Below are positions 1 to 9,913 of a DNA stretch of 64,000 nt, in pieces. Source of the DNA: a virus (taxonomy: Duplodnaviria > Heunggongvirae > Uroviricota > Caudoviricetes); the IMG/VR virus record IMGVR_UViG_3300032038_000042; one strand, 5' to 3'. The notes below the pieces were generated by a model that had not been told where the DNA came from, searched no databases, and saw nothing but the letters and a program-made list of their open reading frames with translations. Every line of letters begins with the position of its first letter. Positions within the stretch are counted from its first letter, which is position 1. The position numbers and the translations under genes are program-made.

Positions 1-9
1 TACAGAAAA

Positions 10-43
10 GAAAAAGCTGCTCGAAATTGAACAGCTTTTTTTA
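10..43. terminator. Hairpin terminator (stem AAGCTGCTC / GAACAGCTT) with flanking A/T runs, downstream of the minus-strand gene ending at 63
   Basis: 8/9-bp inverted repeat at 14-22/29-37 followed by TTTTTTT, with an A-run upstream so it works on both strands. The same stem sequence recurs at 11.7 kb and 50.05 kb. Confidence 0.5.
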
Positions 44-62
44 AGAAAAAATCGGAAAGTTT

Positions 63-1127
63 TTAATACATTAAAGTTTCGTTTTTATACCTAATTTGAG
101 CACCACCATATTTTTTTGCAATTTGAAGTTGTTTTAAAGCTCCTAAAGCTACATCTAAATCGTTGTCTATTTTTGTATCTAAGCATCCAATAGATACGCA
201 AATTGGTTGATCTGCTAAACCAAATCTATAATTTATACCTGTCCAAATTCTCTGTAAATTGTCAAAAAATACAGTTTCTTCAACTTCGCTTTTAGCTACC
301 AAAAAGAATTGATCTCTTGCATATCTGTATAAGCAGATATCGTCATTTGTATATTCAGATACAATGTTTGTTAAATTCTTTAATATCGTATCTCCTGCAA
401 CTTCCCCGTACTCTTTTACATAAGATTTAAAATTATCTATATCTAATACAGCAACGAAAGATATTGAATTTTTATGTTGTATTAAATCCTCGAATTTTGA
501 TCTGTTAAAACAACCTGTAAGCGGATCTTTCAAAGTCGTATCTAAGAGTAACTCATTTGTATTTGTAAACTTTGTTAAAGCAAAAGTGACTGCTAATAAA
601 GAAAATAAATAACTACTTATAATTCCACCGAAAAGCTCTCTGTAATGTTTAATTAACCAATCGTTCGTAGGATATACAAGATCCGCTAGAAATTGTCCTT
701 GAATTACAATGCGAGGTATCCAACGATTTACTTTCATTGAAATAATGATTAAATAAAATACAAGAACTATAATTGCTGAAATTATATGCTTTTTGTTTTT
801 ATAAGATATTAAACCAAATGCTGTACCGAGGATTGTCAAGTATGTAATGAAAACCAAAGATCTGTTTGTAAAAAGTGTAGCTGGGAAATTTATAAAGGCT
901 GTTGCATATACTGCACAGATGTTAAAGACGTGATACTGTTTTATTGGAAGGAAACTTATAGCAATTGCTATAAGAAAGGTTAAACTAAAAATGATTACTC
1001 TAGTATTAACAATTGACATGAATGCACTAGAAGCTAGACTTAACCTTGTAATTACACCTATTCCGTTTGAAAGTACACCAGCAAAAAATAATGCGTACGC
1101 TATAAATTTCTCTACTTTAGAATCCAT
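63..1127 (-). CDS. Multi-pass membrane protein with a C-terminal degenerate GGDEF (diguanylate-cyclase-like) domain
   Basis: About 6 hydrophobic N-terminal segments. The C-terminus carries DPLTGCFNR...VLDIDNFKSYVKEYGEVAGDTIL...RYARDQFF. This matches the GGDEF fold, but the GG(D/E)EF signature is replaced by ARDQF. Confidence 0.6.
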   Translation of the reverse strand: MDSKVEKFIAYALFFAGVLSNGIGVITRLSLASSAFMSIVNTRVIIFSLTFLIAIAISFLPIKQYHVFNICAVYATAFINFPATLFTNRSLVFITYLTILGTAFGLISYKNKKHIISAIIVLVFYLIIISMKVNRWIPRIVIQGQFLADLVYPTNDWLIKHYRELFGGIISSYLFSLLAVTFALTKFTNTNELLLDTTLKDPLTGCFNRSKFEDLIQHKNSISFVAVLDIDNFKSYVKEYGEVAGDTILKNLTNIVSEYTNDDICLYRYARDQFFLVAKSEVEETVFFDNLQRIWTGINYRFGLADQPICVSIGCLDTKIDNDLDVALGALKQLQIAKKYGGAQIRYKNETLMY

Positions 1128-1195
1128 ACAGGTTTCCTCTTAATTATTTTCAGTTAGTTCTCTAGAATTTTCAAAGAAAACTAAATGTAGTTGTT

Positions 1196-2818
1196 ATGGC
1201 TACAACTACTAATAATACAACAGTTACTGACGAAGAAGCTAAAAAAACAGCTGAAGAAGAATCTACATCAACAAAAGACGCTGAAGCTGCATCAACCAGT
1301 CTTGTCGGTAAATATATAAATAGTACTTATCTAATAGATCAAAGTAAGAAAGCTTTATTAGGTTACAGTTTTTTTCCTAAAAGTGCACCACAAAGCTTAC
1401 GCGGTATGAATGTATCTTTAGCAGGAAACATGTCTCCAAAAGTATTAAGTAAAATAACTATAGGTTTTAAAGAGAATTTTGAAGAAGGAGAAGATGTTGT
1501 AAAAAAAGACTTTGATAAGTTGATGAAACCAGTTAACACTTTATTAACTGGTTTAGTTGCTAGAATACCTGTTTTAAATAAATTAAATCTAAACATTGGT
1601 GGAAACAGTGGTCTGCGAGAAACAGGTATAATGGCATATGCTTTGTTTGGCGGATTAATGAAGATGGCAGGATTTAACAATATTGAGACGAATATTGGAG
1701 ACTTTGACAAAGTTTACTATTACAATGTACCTATTAGAAAAGCTCCTCCTGCTTTATCTATGGGTTTAGGTAGTGATTTTGAAATTGAATTTCGATACGG
1801 ATCTTGTAATGTGTTTGATGCATATTGGGAAGTCTATTACCCGTTAATGCAGTTAAAAGGTAATTTATTCCCAATTTTAAATCATTCTGGAGGTGGGCTT
1901 GGTACCATGTCAGGAGTTAAAGCTCCTTATCCACAGGAAGCTTTCGTTGCTTTATTGAAAAATGTTTTTACTCTCGGATCAAATCCAACTGGTATTTTAG
2001 GAGCTACAGAAGAATTAGGAAAAATTCAAGCTATGTTTGACGCTGACGATTCTCTAGAAGAAAAAGCACAAAAACAAATTGATAGATATAAAGGAAAAGG
2101 AAAACAATATTCAAAAGAAAAGAAAAAGCCTGAGAAGCTCAAGAAAGAGCTTGACAAATTTAAAAGCAAGTATCCAGCATTTATGTCGTTACCTGGTGCA
2201 AGCGAGGTAATAGCAGAATATGAAGATCAAATAGATTTTTCTGAAAGCGAAGGTGATCTACACTGCGAGGATATGCTTGCAGACATCTTACAAAATTATT
2301 ACGATATAAAAACTAAAGATACAGAATTATCTAAGTTTGAAATAAACAGAGTTACAAAAGCAGATCCTGACTTTTTAAAACCTAAAGATAAGCAAGCTAC
2401 TGTCGCTGTTGAAGAAGCACAAAAGAATTATGCCGAAATTATCAAATCTATAATTAATTTTGAACCAACTATGATTGGCCAAACTTTAGCTGACTTGTAC
2501 AGTAAATATATAAGTAATTCTTGTAAACAAATATATTTTGCATTTCCAAGTAAGTATGTAACTAGTTTGGTAGATTTGCACGAAATTAACTCTACAACAG
2601 AAGCTGGTAAGAAAGCTTATCTATCGCTACAAAACATAATTTTTGAAGATGTGGATGTTAGTTTCGATTTTAGCAATGTAGATGAAAGAGGTTATCCGAT
2701 GGCAGGTTCTTTACACATAAAAGCTATGTGGCCAGTAACAGGTCCATCAAGTGCTTTATCCTTTAGAAATCCAAGTAATACGACAGATAACATGAAAGAG
2801 AATATATCGGAGTTCTAA
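1196..2818 (+). CDS. Hypothetical protein (540 aa), possibly virion-associated
   Basis: Long ORF with an acidic/Thr-rich N-terminus and a Lys-rich central segment. No recognisable catalytic motif. An SD-like AAAGAAAACTAAATG lies upstream. Confidence 0.5.
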   Translation: MATTTNNTTVTDEEAKKTAEEESTSTKDAEAASTSLVGKYINSTYLIDQSKKALLGYSFFPKSAPQSLRGMNVSLAGNMSPKVLSKITIGFKENFEEGEDVVKKDFDKLMKPVNTLLTGLVARIPVLNKLNLNIGGNSGLRETGIMAYALFGGLMKMAGFNNIETNIGDFDKVYYYNVPIRKAPPALSMGLGSDFEIEFRYGSCNVFDAYWEVYYPLMQLKGNLFPILNHSGGGLGTMSGVKAPYPQEAFVALLKNVFTLGSNPTGILGATEELGKIQAMFDADDSLEEKAQKQIDRYKGKGKQYSKEKKKPEKLKKELDKFKSKYPAFMSLPGASEVIAEYEDQIDFSESEGDLHCEDMLADILQNYYDIKTKDTELSKFEINRVTKADPDFLKPKDKQATVAVEEAQKNYAEIIKSIINFEPTMIGQTLADLYSKYISNSCKQIYFAFPSKYVTSLVDLHEINSTTEAGKKAYLSLQNIIFEDVDVSFDFSNVDERGYPMAGSLHIKAMWPVTGPSSALSFRNPSNTTDNMKENISEF

Positions 2819-2823
2819 AGAAA

Positions 2824-3273
2824 ATGATATTAAAAGTTCAAAAAGCAAATAGTACATATATAAGTAACCCTTTTTCAGAGAAGAAAAAAATTCTAGTACA
2901 AAATACTGGTAAAAAAATAAAAGCAAAAGCACTTAAAATTGGGGACTTTTTACACGGTGGTTATATAGTGCTAGATATTATTCCAAGTGAAAAGACTAAA
3001 AATGAAAATATAATTTTAACAAACTTCGATCAGCTTTTTTCTGAACTATCAAAGGAGTTTCTTAAAGAAGCAGTTTGGGATTTTGAAAACAAAGAAGCCC
3101 AAGATATCCTTAAGAAATACAATGTAGAACAAATAGATAGTTTGTATAATGGACTTAACTTTAAAACTAAAACTGGAGCTGAACAATTTTTACCAGAAAC
3201 TTTTATGAAACAAGATACTTTTACACTTAACATTTCGAACTTAAACCAAGCAACCCTACAACGTTTGGACTAA
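2824..3273 (+). CDS. Hypothetical protein (149 aa)
   Basis: ORF tightly following the previous gene on the same strand. Confidence 0.4.
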   Translation: MILKVQKANSTYISNPFSEKKKILVQNTGKKIKAKALKIGDFLHGGYIVLDIIPSEKTKNENIILTNFDQLFSELSKEFLKEAVWDFENKEAQDILKKYNVEQIDSLYNGLNFKTKTGAEQFLPETFMKQDTFTLNISNLNQATLQRLD

Positions 3274-3284
3274 ATTAAAATTAT

Positions 3285-4070
3285 ATGCAATCAGAAGAGC
3301 TTAAAAATTACATTAGCAGAAACACTCAACTCTTTTTCAGAAGAGCAGTTATATACGACAACATGAAAATAGGGTCTGACATGATCAGAGTTAGACCTTT
3401 GCCAGATTTCATGGGTTTTGCTGAACAGGATTTGCCGTATTTTGCTCCTTTTAATCCTTCTCAAGTTATAAAAGGTGTATCTGAAAAGCAAACTGGTGAC
3501 ATTAAAAAAGCAACTCAAGTTTGGTTACTTTGTACAGATGATTATAAAGTCGGTTGGATTTTTAGCGAAGCAAGCCAGCAGTATGCTACTAGTCAAACAA
3601 AAGTAGATGCTGCATGGGCTTTTAATGCGTTTAAAACACACATATTACGTCAACACTTAAAAACAAAAGGTGTAAACTACGACGAGATAAAAATACTTTT
3701 TAGTAATCAAAAGTTTGTTCAAAATTACATGGAAGCTGGTATTAAAACAGATGGTACAAATACCAGAACTGCAGTATCTATAGATGCAATAAACGTAAGA
3801 ACCGGAGAAAGGTGGATAATATTACAATCCGGTACATCTATATCTATCATGCAAGATGCGATTGAATTTCGCGTAGGATCTCCAAACAAGGATACTTCTT
3901 GGATTAAAATTACGGCTGGTATGATAGAATTAACAGCAAACAATATTGTAATTTACGGACGAAACGCGACATCTTTAGGAAAACACGGAATGAAAGTTTG
4001 CGGTATTTTAGGAGCTCCATCAGGTTTGGATGGTTCGCCAGTTACTCCAATTCCAGATGTAACTGTTTAA
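3285..4070 (+). CDS. Hypothetical protein, possible baseplate spike-like protein (weak)
   Basis: The C-terminal half (…ISIMQDAIEFRVGSPNKDTSWIKITAGMIELTANNIVIYG…) resembles the repetitive beta-strand segments of phage spike/gpV-like proteins. The assignment is tentative. Confidence 0.4.
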   Translation: MQSEELKNYISRNTQLFFRRAVIYDNMKIGSDMIRVRPLPDFMGFAEQDLPYFAPFNPSQVIKGVSEKQTGDIKKATQVWLLCTDDYKVGWIFSEASQQYATSQTKVDAAWAFNAFKTHILRQHLKTKGVNYDEIKILFSNQKFVQNYMEAGIKTDGTNTRTAVSIDAINVRTGERWIILQSGTSISIMQDAIEFRVGSPNKDTSWIKITAGMIELTANNIVIYGRNATSLGKHGMKVCGILGAPSGLDGSPVTPIPDVTV

Positions 4071-4831
4071 ATCCAACTTTTAGTTTGCTTTATCCAAGTT
4101 TCAATTTTTTGATTACTTAACTCATCCTTAAAAGTGTTTTTATACTTTTCAAGTATAGGTAATGAATTCCTAAATCTATTTTTTGAATTTTGTTTAGTTA
4201 AACTTCCGGGTCTATGAAAGTGTACATGGAATGCAGTAGGTAAAACTACAATTTGATTACTAACAACGTTAAAATACTTTAAGCAAAAAAGCTCTCCTTC
4301 AAAGTTTCTTAAATCAACATCAAAGTTAATTTGCGGATTTTGCTTTACAATATTTGTTGAAAAAATCAATCTATTTATGTCTGTCGGAGTCCAAGACTTT
4401 TCAAAAGCTGGACTTTTATTTGTTTGTATACAATCTTCACTTTGTAAAGTTTGAAAAATATCTTTAGTGTGTATTGTAGATGCATAAACAGCTTTTTCTG
4501 GAAAAAGTTGTAAAGCAGAGTTTACACTATCTATGTAATTTGCACTAATAGCATCATCTGGGTCTAAAAAAGAAAAGTAAGGAGTCTCTACGAATTGTAT
4601 ACCTGTATTACGAGCTGCGGCTGGCCCAGAATTAACAGCTGTACTAGTTACAACTACGTTTTTATTTTCTGCAAAAAGCTTTTTTAGAAAAAGAGGTGTA
4701 CCATCGATAGAGCAATCATCAACAAAAACAATATTAAAGTCTTTATTTTGTTGCCTTATTAAACTTAATAAGCAATAATTTAAAAATTGCATAGCGTTAT
4801 AAGTCGGTATAATTAAAGTTACTTTACTCAC
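4067..4831 (-). CDS. Family-2 glycosyltransferase (GT-A fold)
   Basis: N-terminal IIPTYNAMQFL...FNIVFVDDCSIDGT, which is the typical GT2 signature with a DxD-type motif. Confidence 0.7.
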   Translation of the reverse strand: MSKVTLIIPTYNAMQFLNYCLLSLIRQQNKDFNIVFVDDCSIDGTPLFLKKLFAENKNVVVTSTAVNSGPAAARNTGIQFVETPYFSFLDPDDAISANYIDSVNSALQLFPEKAVYASTIHTKDIFQTLQSEDCIQTNKSPAFEKSWTPTDINRLIFSTNIVKQNPQINFDVDLRNFEGELFCLKYFNVVSNQIVVLPTAFHVHFHRPGSLTKQNSKNRFRNSLPILEKYKNTFKDELSNQKIETWIKQTKSWI

Positions 4832-5681
4832 TAGTTAATCCTTTTAATGCTCTTTCTAAACGTAAAATATCTGTATCTTTTACATCTCCAGTTTTTAGAA
4901 TGTTTTTTCTAAAAAGTAAACCTTGTAATTGCTGAGTCTCTAAACTCGTGTGAAAAGTTGAAGGTATTTTTTCTCCTCTACTTTTTTCCGATGCAGAACC
5001 TTCCCCGATTTTTATATTTGAATCGTCAAATATTTTTACTTTGTTATTCAAATAACTTTTTAATAAAGCTGTCCTTTCTTGAATGAGTTTTGCTTGCTTA
5101 ATTCCCCAGTAATCTTTTGGATATCTATAATATTTATTATCTAAACCTTTATAAAAATCTGGTGCTTTATAATTATATAAAATTACTTTATTTAAATTCC
5201 AATTTAACTTTAAGTACTCTGCTAGCTCTTTTAAAGCTCGGGATTTGTCTGTGTTTGTAGGAAAGACTTGTTCGATATCCAAATCAATTACACTTTTTAA
5301 GTTTTCGTAACAAAGTGGACTATACGCATTACAAGAAAAAACAGTTTTTCCTCTATAGGTAATTTTATATGTCCGCATCTCTAATGTACTTAAATCAATT
5401 ACGAGATAGTCAGGATTTATAGACTCTATTGTAGATAATGCAGTTTTATTTAAATCAAACTGCATCGTCTTTTTTGTAAATGGAGCTGTCTCTTCTTTAC
5501 CTTTTATAAAAGGGGCTTCGTAAAAACTCTTGTAAGGAATATTCAAACCACTTTTAGTTGTAATTCCTAAAAAACAAGGTTGAAAAACATACGGTTCTAT
5601 CTCGATGTCTGTACCAGTAACAGCCTCTTTTAAAGTGTTCATACTGTTGCATACGCCAAGTAAAGCTATCTTTTTACTCAT
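4824..5681 (-). CDS. Hypothetical protein co-transcribed with the glycosyltransferases
   Basis: 285-aa ORF overlapping its neighbours by 8 and 4 nt (operon arrangement). No recognised motif. Confidence 0.5.
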   Translation of the reverse strand: MSKKIALLGVCNSMNTLKEAVTGTDIEIEPYVFQPCFLGITTKSGLNIPYKSFYEAPFIKGKEETAPFTKKTMQFDLNKTALSTIESINPDYLVIDLSTLEMRTYKITYRGKTVFSCNAYSPLCYENLKSVIDLDIEQVFPTNTDKSRALKELAEYLKLNWNLNKVILYNYKAPDFYKGLDNKYYRYPKDYWGIKQAKLIQERTALLKSYLNNKVKIFDDSNIKIGEGSASEKSRGEKIPSTFHTSLETQQLQGLLFRKNILKTGDVKDTDILRLERALKGLTSE

Positions 5682-5685
5682 CTTT

Positions 5686-7425
5686 TTAAACCTCGTAAAT
5701 GCATTTATCTGGATACAGTCTCTTAAAGGCCTCTTCTATAAGTCTATAATCCTCGTCTGTAGCTCTATCTGAATCGTTACAACAAATTGCACGAGGCCTT
5801 TCAACTGTAGTTTTCAAAGCTTCAAGAATTTTTTTCGTATCTATTCCAACTTGGAAATATTTGAATCTGAATGTTTCAAAAACACCATGTCCGTGAAAAA
5901 GTGCATACTCTGTAAATATGTACTGATTGTAATTTTTAGCTTCTCTAAAACGTGTAATCGAAGCCTCAATTAAACTTTTGTATCGTTTGAAAACCTCTAC
6001 ATTAATGGATTTTAACATTGGTTTTCCGATATGCTGTAGTTCGTATAAATGTTCTCCGTCTACGTATTTTGATAAATACTCTGGTACATCTCTAGCAGCT
6101 AACTTTAAGCAGTTAATTGGAATTTGAGCCCAAACTTGATTTATATCTCCATCGTGCCAAAGTTTTCTAATATGTAAATCTGCTTTTAATTTACCTTCTT
6201 CTGGGAAATAAAATTTCGGTTTTAAGATATCGTTTGGATACATATCATCATTTGCATATATAAACTTTTCTGACAACCCTGGGATTCTATGCAAAAACAT
6301 TTCAATAGCACAACTGTTAAACGTTGGTAAGTACTCCGCAGGAATAAAATCTTTATGTAATACAATGTGTACTTTTGTTTGATCTATCCAATCTGGTACT
6401 TGATCTGGATCAGAAACTATCATATGTATTACACTTATCCAAGGCATCCACTTTTCTATAGCTCTGAATTTATACTTAAGTAACTCTTCGTGCGCGTTAA
6501 ATCTCTGGAAGTCTATAACGTTGTTGTACTGTTTATATTGATTCTGCCATTGAGCTTTTGTACAGTCGACATACGGGAAGACATAATCGATTTGACTTGG
6601 TCGTGTAATTACACCTTCAAAATGTTTCTTAACGTTAGATTCTATATACTTAAAATTCTCAATTTTCTCTAAATCGAGTAGCATAGAACTAAAGCTTTGC
6701 AAGAACTTTATTTTTCTAGCATCTTTTAAATTACTATGTGATAACGAATTTTGCTGCAGGACGTAATTATATGTAGGTTTATCTAGAGATAATATTTTAC
6801 CAGATTTACAAACAGCCTTAATGTTAAAGATTGTATCCTCGCACATATCACAATCTGCAAACTTTATTTGATTTTCTTTTATTAAAGAGCTTTTATAGAT
6901 TTTATCCCAACAGTGCCCGATATCGTATAAAGGAGTTGATAATATTTTTCCATCCGAAATTTCGTAAATACCGGGTTCACCTAAATGCCATCTTTTTGAA
7001 ACTAATCCTTCTTTAAAAACGTTTACAGCTGTTTGTGCTATATCTACGTTTGCTTCAATTGCGCTGTTTATTAAATAACTAAAATGATTTGGCTCGATCC
7101 AGTCATCGGCATCTACAAAACCAATCCATTCTCCTTTTGAAAGGTATATACCTAAATTACGAGTTGCACCAGGACCTTCGTTAAATTTGTGAATTACTTT
7201 GAATCTAGAATCTTTAACTGCAAAATAATCGCAAATTGTACTCGAGCAATCTGTACTGCAGTCGTCTATTAAAAAGCATTCCCAGTCTGAAATATCCTGA
7301 GCTAAGATAGATTTTAGACACTTCTCTAAAAATCTTTCTGCATTGTATATTGGAATAATAATCGAAAGCTTCATACAAAATAAAATTAGTTTTTTGTAGA
7401 AAAAAGCTTCGGGATTTTTTTTCAA
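5686..7425 (-). CDS. Two-domain glycosyltransferase: N-terminal GT2 domain plus a C-terminal Stealth-like (hexose-phosphate transferase-like) domain
   Basis: The N-terminus carries LSIIIPIYNAERFL...CFLIDDCSTDCS (GT2). The C-terminal roughly 300 aa contain ...FIYANDDMYP..., reminiscent of Stealth/capsule phosphotransferase conserved regions. The Stealth call is tentative. Confidence 0.6.
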   Translation of the reverse strand: MKKNPEAFFYKKLILFCMKLSIIIPIYNAERFLEKCLKSILAQDISDWECFLIDDCSTDCSSTICDYFAVKDSRFKVIHKFNEGPGATRNLGIYLSKGEWIGFVDADDWIEPNHFSYLINSAIEANVDIAQTAVNVFKEGLVSKRWHLGEPGIYEISDGKILSTPLYDIGHCWDKIYKSSLIKENQIKFADCDMCEDTIFNIKAVCKSGKILSLDKPTYNYVLQQNSLSHSNLKDARKIKFLQSFSSMLLDLEKIENFKYIESNVKKHFEGVITRPSQIDYVFPYVDCTKAQWQNQYKQYNNVIDFQRFNAHEELLKYKFRAIEKWMPWISVIHMIVSDPDQVPDWIDQTKVHIVLHKDFIPAEYLPTFNSCAIEMFLHRIPGLSEKFIYANDDMYPNDILKPKFYFPEEGKLKADLHIRKLWHDGDINQVWAQIPINCLKLAARDVPEYLSKYVDGEHLYELQHIGKPMLKSINVEVFKRYKSLIEASITRFREAKNYNQYIFTEYALFHGHGVFETFRFKYFQVGIDTKKILEALKTTVERPRAICCNDSDRATDEDYRLIEEAFKRLYPDKCIYEV

Positions 7426-7835
7426 AATTTATCGGAAATTCCCAAGGATCTTCTTACCTTTAAGATTTTTGGAAACATTTTTGCATTCCAGTCGATCATC
7501 GTTTCGTTTCGAGGCCAAGCTTCATCTTCTGGAAGCATCGCACTTGAGTCTAAACCACTTTCGTAATAGAACGCGTGGTAAAGCTCATGTGTTAAATCTT
7601 GATCGATTGCAGGATTGTTACTTGGCATTTGTTGAGTACAATACTCGGATATGTAATCGTTTTTGCTTATCCATATCTCTTTTCTGTAAAGTTGTGTTAA
7701 CATCGAAGCTTCTTGCTTTTTTAAAGTCTCCGGAATAATACCTTTTTCTTCGAGGTTAACAACTCTTAATGTCCATTCTTCACCTAAAATGAGTATCTTT
7801 TTACCATCTAACTTGCTAAGTTTTTCGATTGTCAT
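7422..7835 (-). CDS. Hypothetical protein (137 aa)
   Basis: ORF overlapping the upstream GT gene by 4 nt. Confidence 0.45.
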   Translation of the reverse strand: MTIEKLSKLDGKKILILGEEWTLRVVNLEEKGIIPETLKKQEASMLTQLYRKEIWISKNDYISEYCTQQMPSNNPAIDQDLTHELYHAFYYESGLDSSAMLPEDEAWPRNETMIDWNAKMFPKILKVRRSLGISDKF

Positions 7836-7895
7836 TTTTCTCTACAAAAGCTCCCAACTGCAATATAAGTTTTTACCATTGTTTGCTACAAATAG

Positions 7896-7923
7896 AATTC
7901 CAGGTAGAAACTTACCTGGAATT
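7896..7923. terminator. Hairpin (11-bp perfect inverted repeat GAATTCCAGGTA / TACCTGGAATT)
   Basis: Inverted repeat with a 6-nt loop in the intergenic gap between two minus-strand genes. The flanking T-runs are weak. Confidence 0.35.
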
Positions 7924-7952
7924 TTCTGATATTTAAAAAATAACGTAAAAAA

Positions 7953-8867
7953 CTACAATTGCCAATCAGCTACAATACGATTTTTAATACTTGGATTCTG
8001 CTTCAAGAAATCGTTGAATTGCTCGGGATTGGTGAACTCGTACTCGACTTTTGCTGTAGAAAGCTTATAATGAGGCTCTTGAGCACAACCTGTAGGAGCT
8101 CTTTTTGTTACCCAAGCATTGCGAGCGTTAATCTGTTTAGCAGCTTCTTTTTTACTGAATGCTTGAGTTGTAAAATAGGATTTTTCATTATCGTAAGTTG
8201 CTCTTGCGGAGATTAAATAAATATTCATATACTTTGTTTCTGGAGCAGCCTCAATTGGAGGAAGAGCTGGTTCGAGCATTGCTTCTTCCAAGTCTTTAAT
8301 GTACCTTGTCCAACCGTTAATTTGCTTTTGGAAATTTTTTCTACTCCAATCGTCTAAAGTGTATCCCGGGTCTTTTGTACCGTTTAAATAATCCGTTCTA
8401 GTTTGAATGTCCTCTTTAACTTTCTGAATTTGACTTTCAGCTTCTACCATAAGTTCGTCAAAATAAGCTTCGTAGTCTTCATCTGTAATTACTTCTTTAA
8501 GACCTTCGATAATTACATCTGCAAGCTCTGCTCTTGTAACTCCTTCTCTTTTAAAACCATTTTTTGACTCGAACTTCTTAACTGTCCAAGTTGGGCCCTG
8601 ATAAACTAAAGAATCATCACCTTCTGCAATAATATCAAGTCCTTCACCAGCTCCGTGATATTTCCAAATCCAAGCTGACTCTCCATTGCAATGTTCGAAA
8701 ATTGGACAATCATCTCTATGACCTAAAACGTATGCAAGTGTACGATACACTTTCTTATCTTTTTTATCTCCACACTTAAAAGCAAATCGCTTTGCTGTAA
8801 GCTCTCTTGCAATGTCGCTTTTAAACTTGCTATATGGATTTTCTGGTGCTTTGTATTTAACTGCCAT
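7953..8867 (-). CDS. Hypothetical protein (304 aa)
   Basis: Long ORF with no recognisable motif. Confidence 0.5.
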   Translation of the reverse strand: MAVKYKAPENPYSKFKSDIARELTAKRFAFKCGDKKDKKVYRTLAYVLGHRDDCPIFEHCNGESAWIWKYHGAGEGLDIIAEGDDSLVYQGPTWTVKKFESKNGFKREGVTRAELADVIIEGLKEVITDEDYEAYFDELMVEAESQIQKVKEDIQTRTDYLNGTKDPGYTLDDWSRKNFQKQINGWTRYIKDLEEAMLEPALPPIEAAPETKYMNIYLISARATYDNEKSYFTTQAFSKKEAAKQINARNAWVTKRAPTGCAQEPHYKLSTAKVEYEFTNPEQFNDFLKQNPSIKNRIVADWQL

Positions 8868-8924
8868 ATAAAAAATACTCCTTTATTCACTTAAACAATA
8901 AGTACTACACATAATATAGGTTTC

Positions 8925-8972
8925 TAAAAAGAAAAAAGTCAAAAGAAAAACCTCTCAAGAAAAGAGAGGTTT
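8925..8972 (-). terminator. Intrinsic terminator (AAACCTCTC / GAGAGGTTT) with a long U-run on the minus strand
   Basis: 9-bp stem at 8948-8972. On the minus strand it is followed by TTCTTTTGACTTTTTTC. Confidence 0.55.
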
Positions 8973-8988
8973 CTAGCAAATTGTTAAT

Positions 8989-9435
8989 TTAAATCTCTTC
9001 TTTTATGTAGTCATAAAGTCTTCCATAATCTGAAAGGTCATAAGTCTTTTCAGGATTTTCTCCAATTGAAATGCTTCCACCCCAATCCATTTCCCATATA
9101 AAGTAATCTGCTAAATCTTCAAGCTCGTTAACTTTTTCTTCTTCTGATAATTTACTTATAGATATTCCAAGCTCTTCTGCAATTTCTTCCAAAGATTTTC
9201 CTGGAGAATTTTCTTTATAAGTATCTAATCTTGTTTTATAAAAAGCTTTTTCATTTACAGCTGCAAAGAGAGTAACAACATGCTCAAAGACAAGGTCGGT
9301 AAGCCACTTTGGCATTACTCCACTTCCATCTTCTACAAAAGGATTCTGCTCTACCATTAAATCATGCTTCTTGTTTAACTTTTCATATTGCTCTTTAATC
9401 CTTTTCAATCTTGCAATAAAAGTTTCTTTAGTCAT
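8989..9435 (-). CDS. Hypothetical protein (148 aa)
   Basis: ORF with a 4-nt overlap to the upstream gene. Confidence 0.45.
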   Translation of the reverse strand: MTKETFIARLKRIKEQYEKLNKKHDLMVEQNPFVEDGSGVMPKWLTDLVFEHVVTLFAAVNEKAFYKTRLDTYKENSPGKSLEEIAEELGISISKLSEEEKVNELEDLADYFIWEMDWGGSISIGENPEKTYDLSDYGRLYDYIKEEI

Positions 9436-9913
9436 TTTTCTTTATCCTTGTTTCGTTATTAGTTATTAAAAACTCCGCAGTATTTCTCAAAAGATCTTTT
9501 ACATCATCGGAGTAGCCAAAACGCTTTTGATTCATTTCAATAGACTTAAAAATGTCACCATCGTCGTGTCTTTCTGAGGAAGCTTTCCAATCGCAAATCA
9601 ATTCAATCATGTCGATGAGATTCATATCTCTCATTCCATTCTTGAAATGTTCTGGATGATGCCTATTATTTGCATAATGTCTATCGAGTGCAGGTTTCAA
9701 ACCATCTAAGAATGATTTATATTCATCACTACCGTAAGTACAATTTGCTAGCTTTGGAGTATATTCATCGAATAACTCCTTCTCTACAGGATCTTCAATT
9801 TTATCCCAATCGTGCAATTCACCTCTTTCGTACAAAGTATCCGCGCAAGCATAAACATACTGCTTTACTTTTGCAATATGCTTTTTGGTATCTTTTGTTG
9901 AATCGTAACTCAT
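9428..9913 (-). CDS. Hypothetical protein, His-rich (possible metal-dependent hydrolase fold)
   Basis: Contains ...ELHDWDK...DRHYANNRHHPEHF... The HD-like or His-cluster assignment is only suggestive. Confidence 0.4.
   Translation of the reverse strand: MSYDSTKDTKKHIAKVKQYVYACADTLYERGELHDWDKIEDPVEKELFDEYTPKLANCTYGSDEYKSFLDGLKPALDRHYANNRHHPEHFKNGMRDMNLIDMIELICDWKASSERHDDGDIFKSIEMNQKRFGYSDDVKDLLRNTAEFLITNNETRIKKND

Noticed and set aside
1363-1710. Antisense ORFs embedded in long genes, e.g. 1363-1710(-), 3030-3233(-), 6490-6672(+), 9670-10140(+), 13172-13459(+), 15624-15806(+), 22879-23403(+), 27948-28241(-), 28505-28891(-), 29152-29508(-), 59124-59569(+) and 61182-61637(-)
   Set aside because: They have low-complexity Leu/Phe/Ile-rich translations typical of AT-rich antisense frames, lack an SD, and are fully contained in better-supported genes on the other strand.
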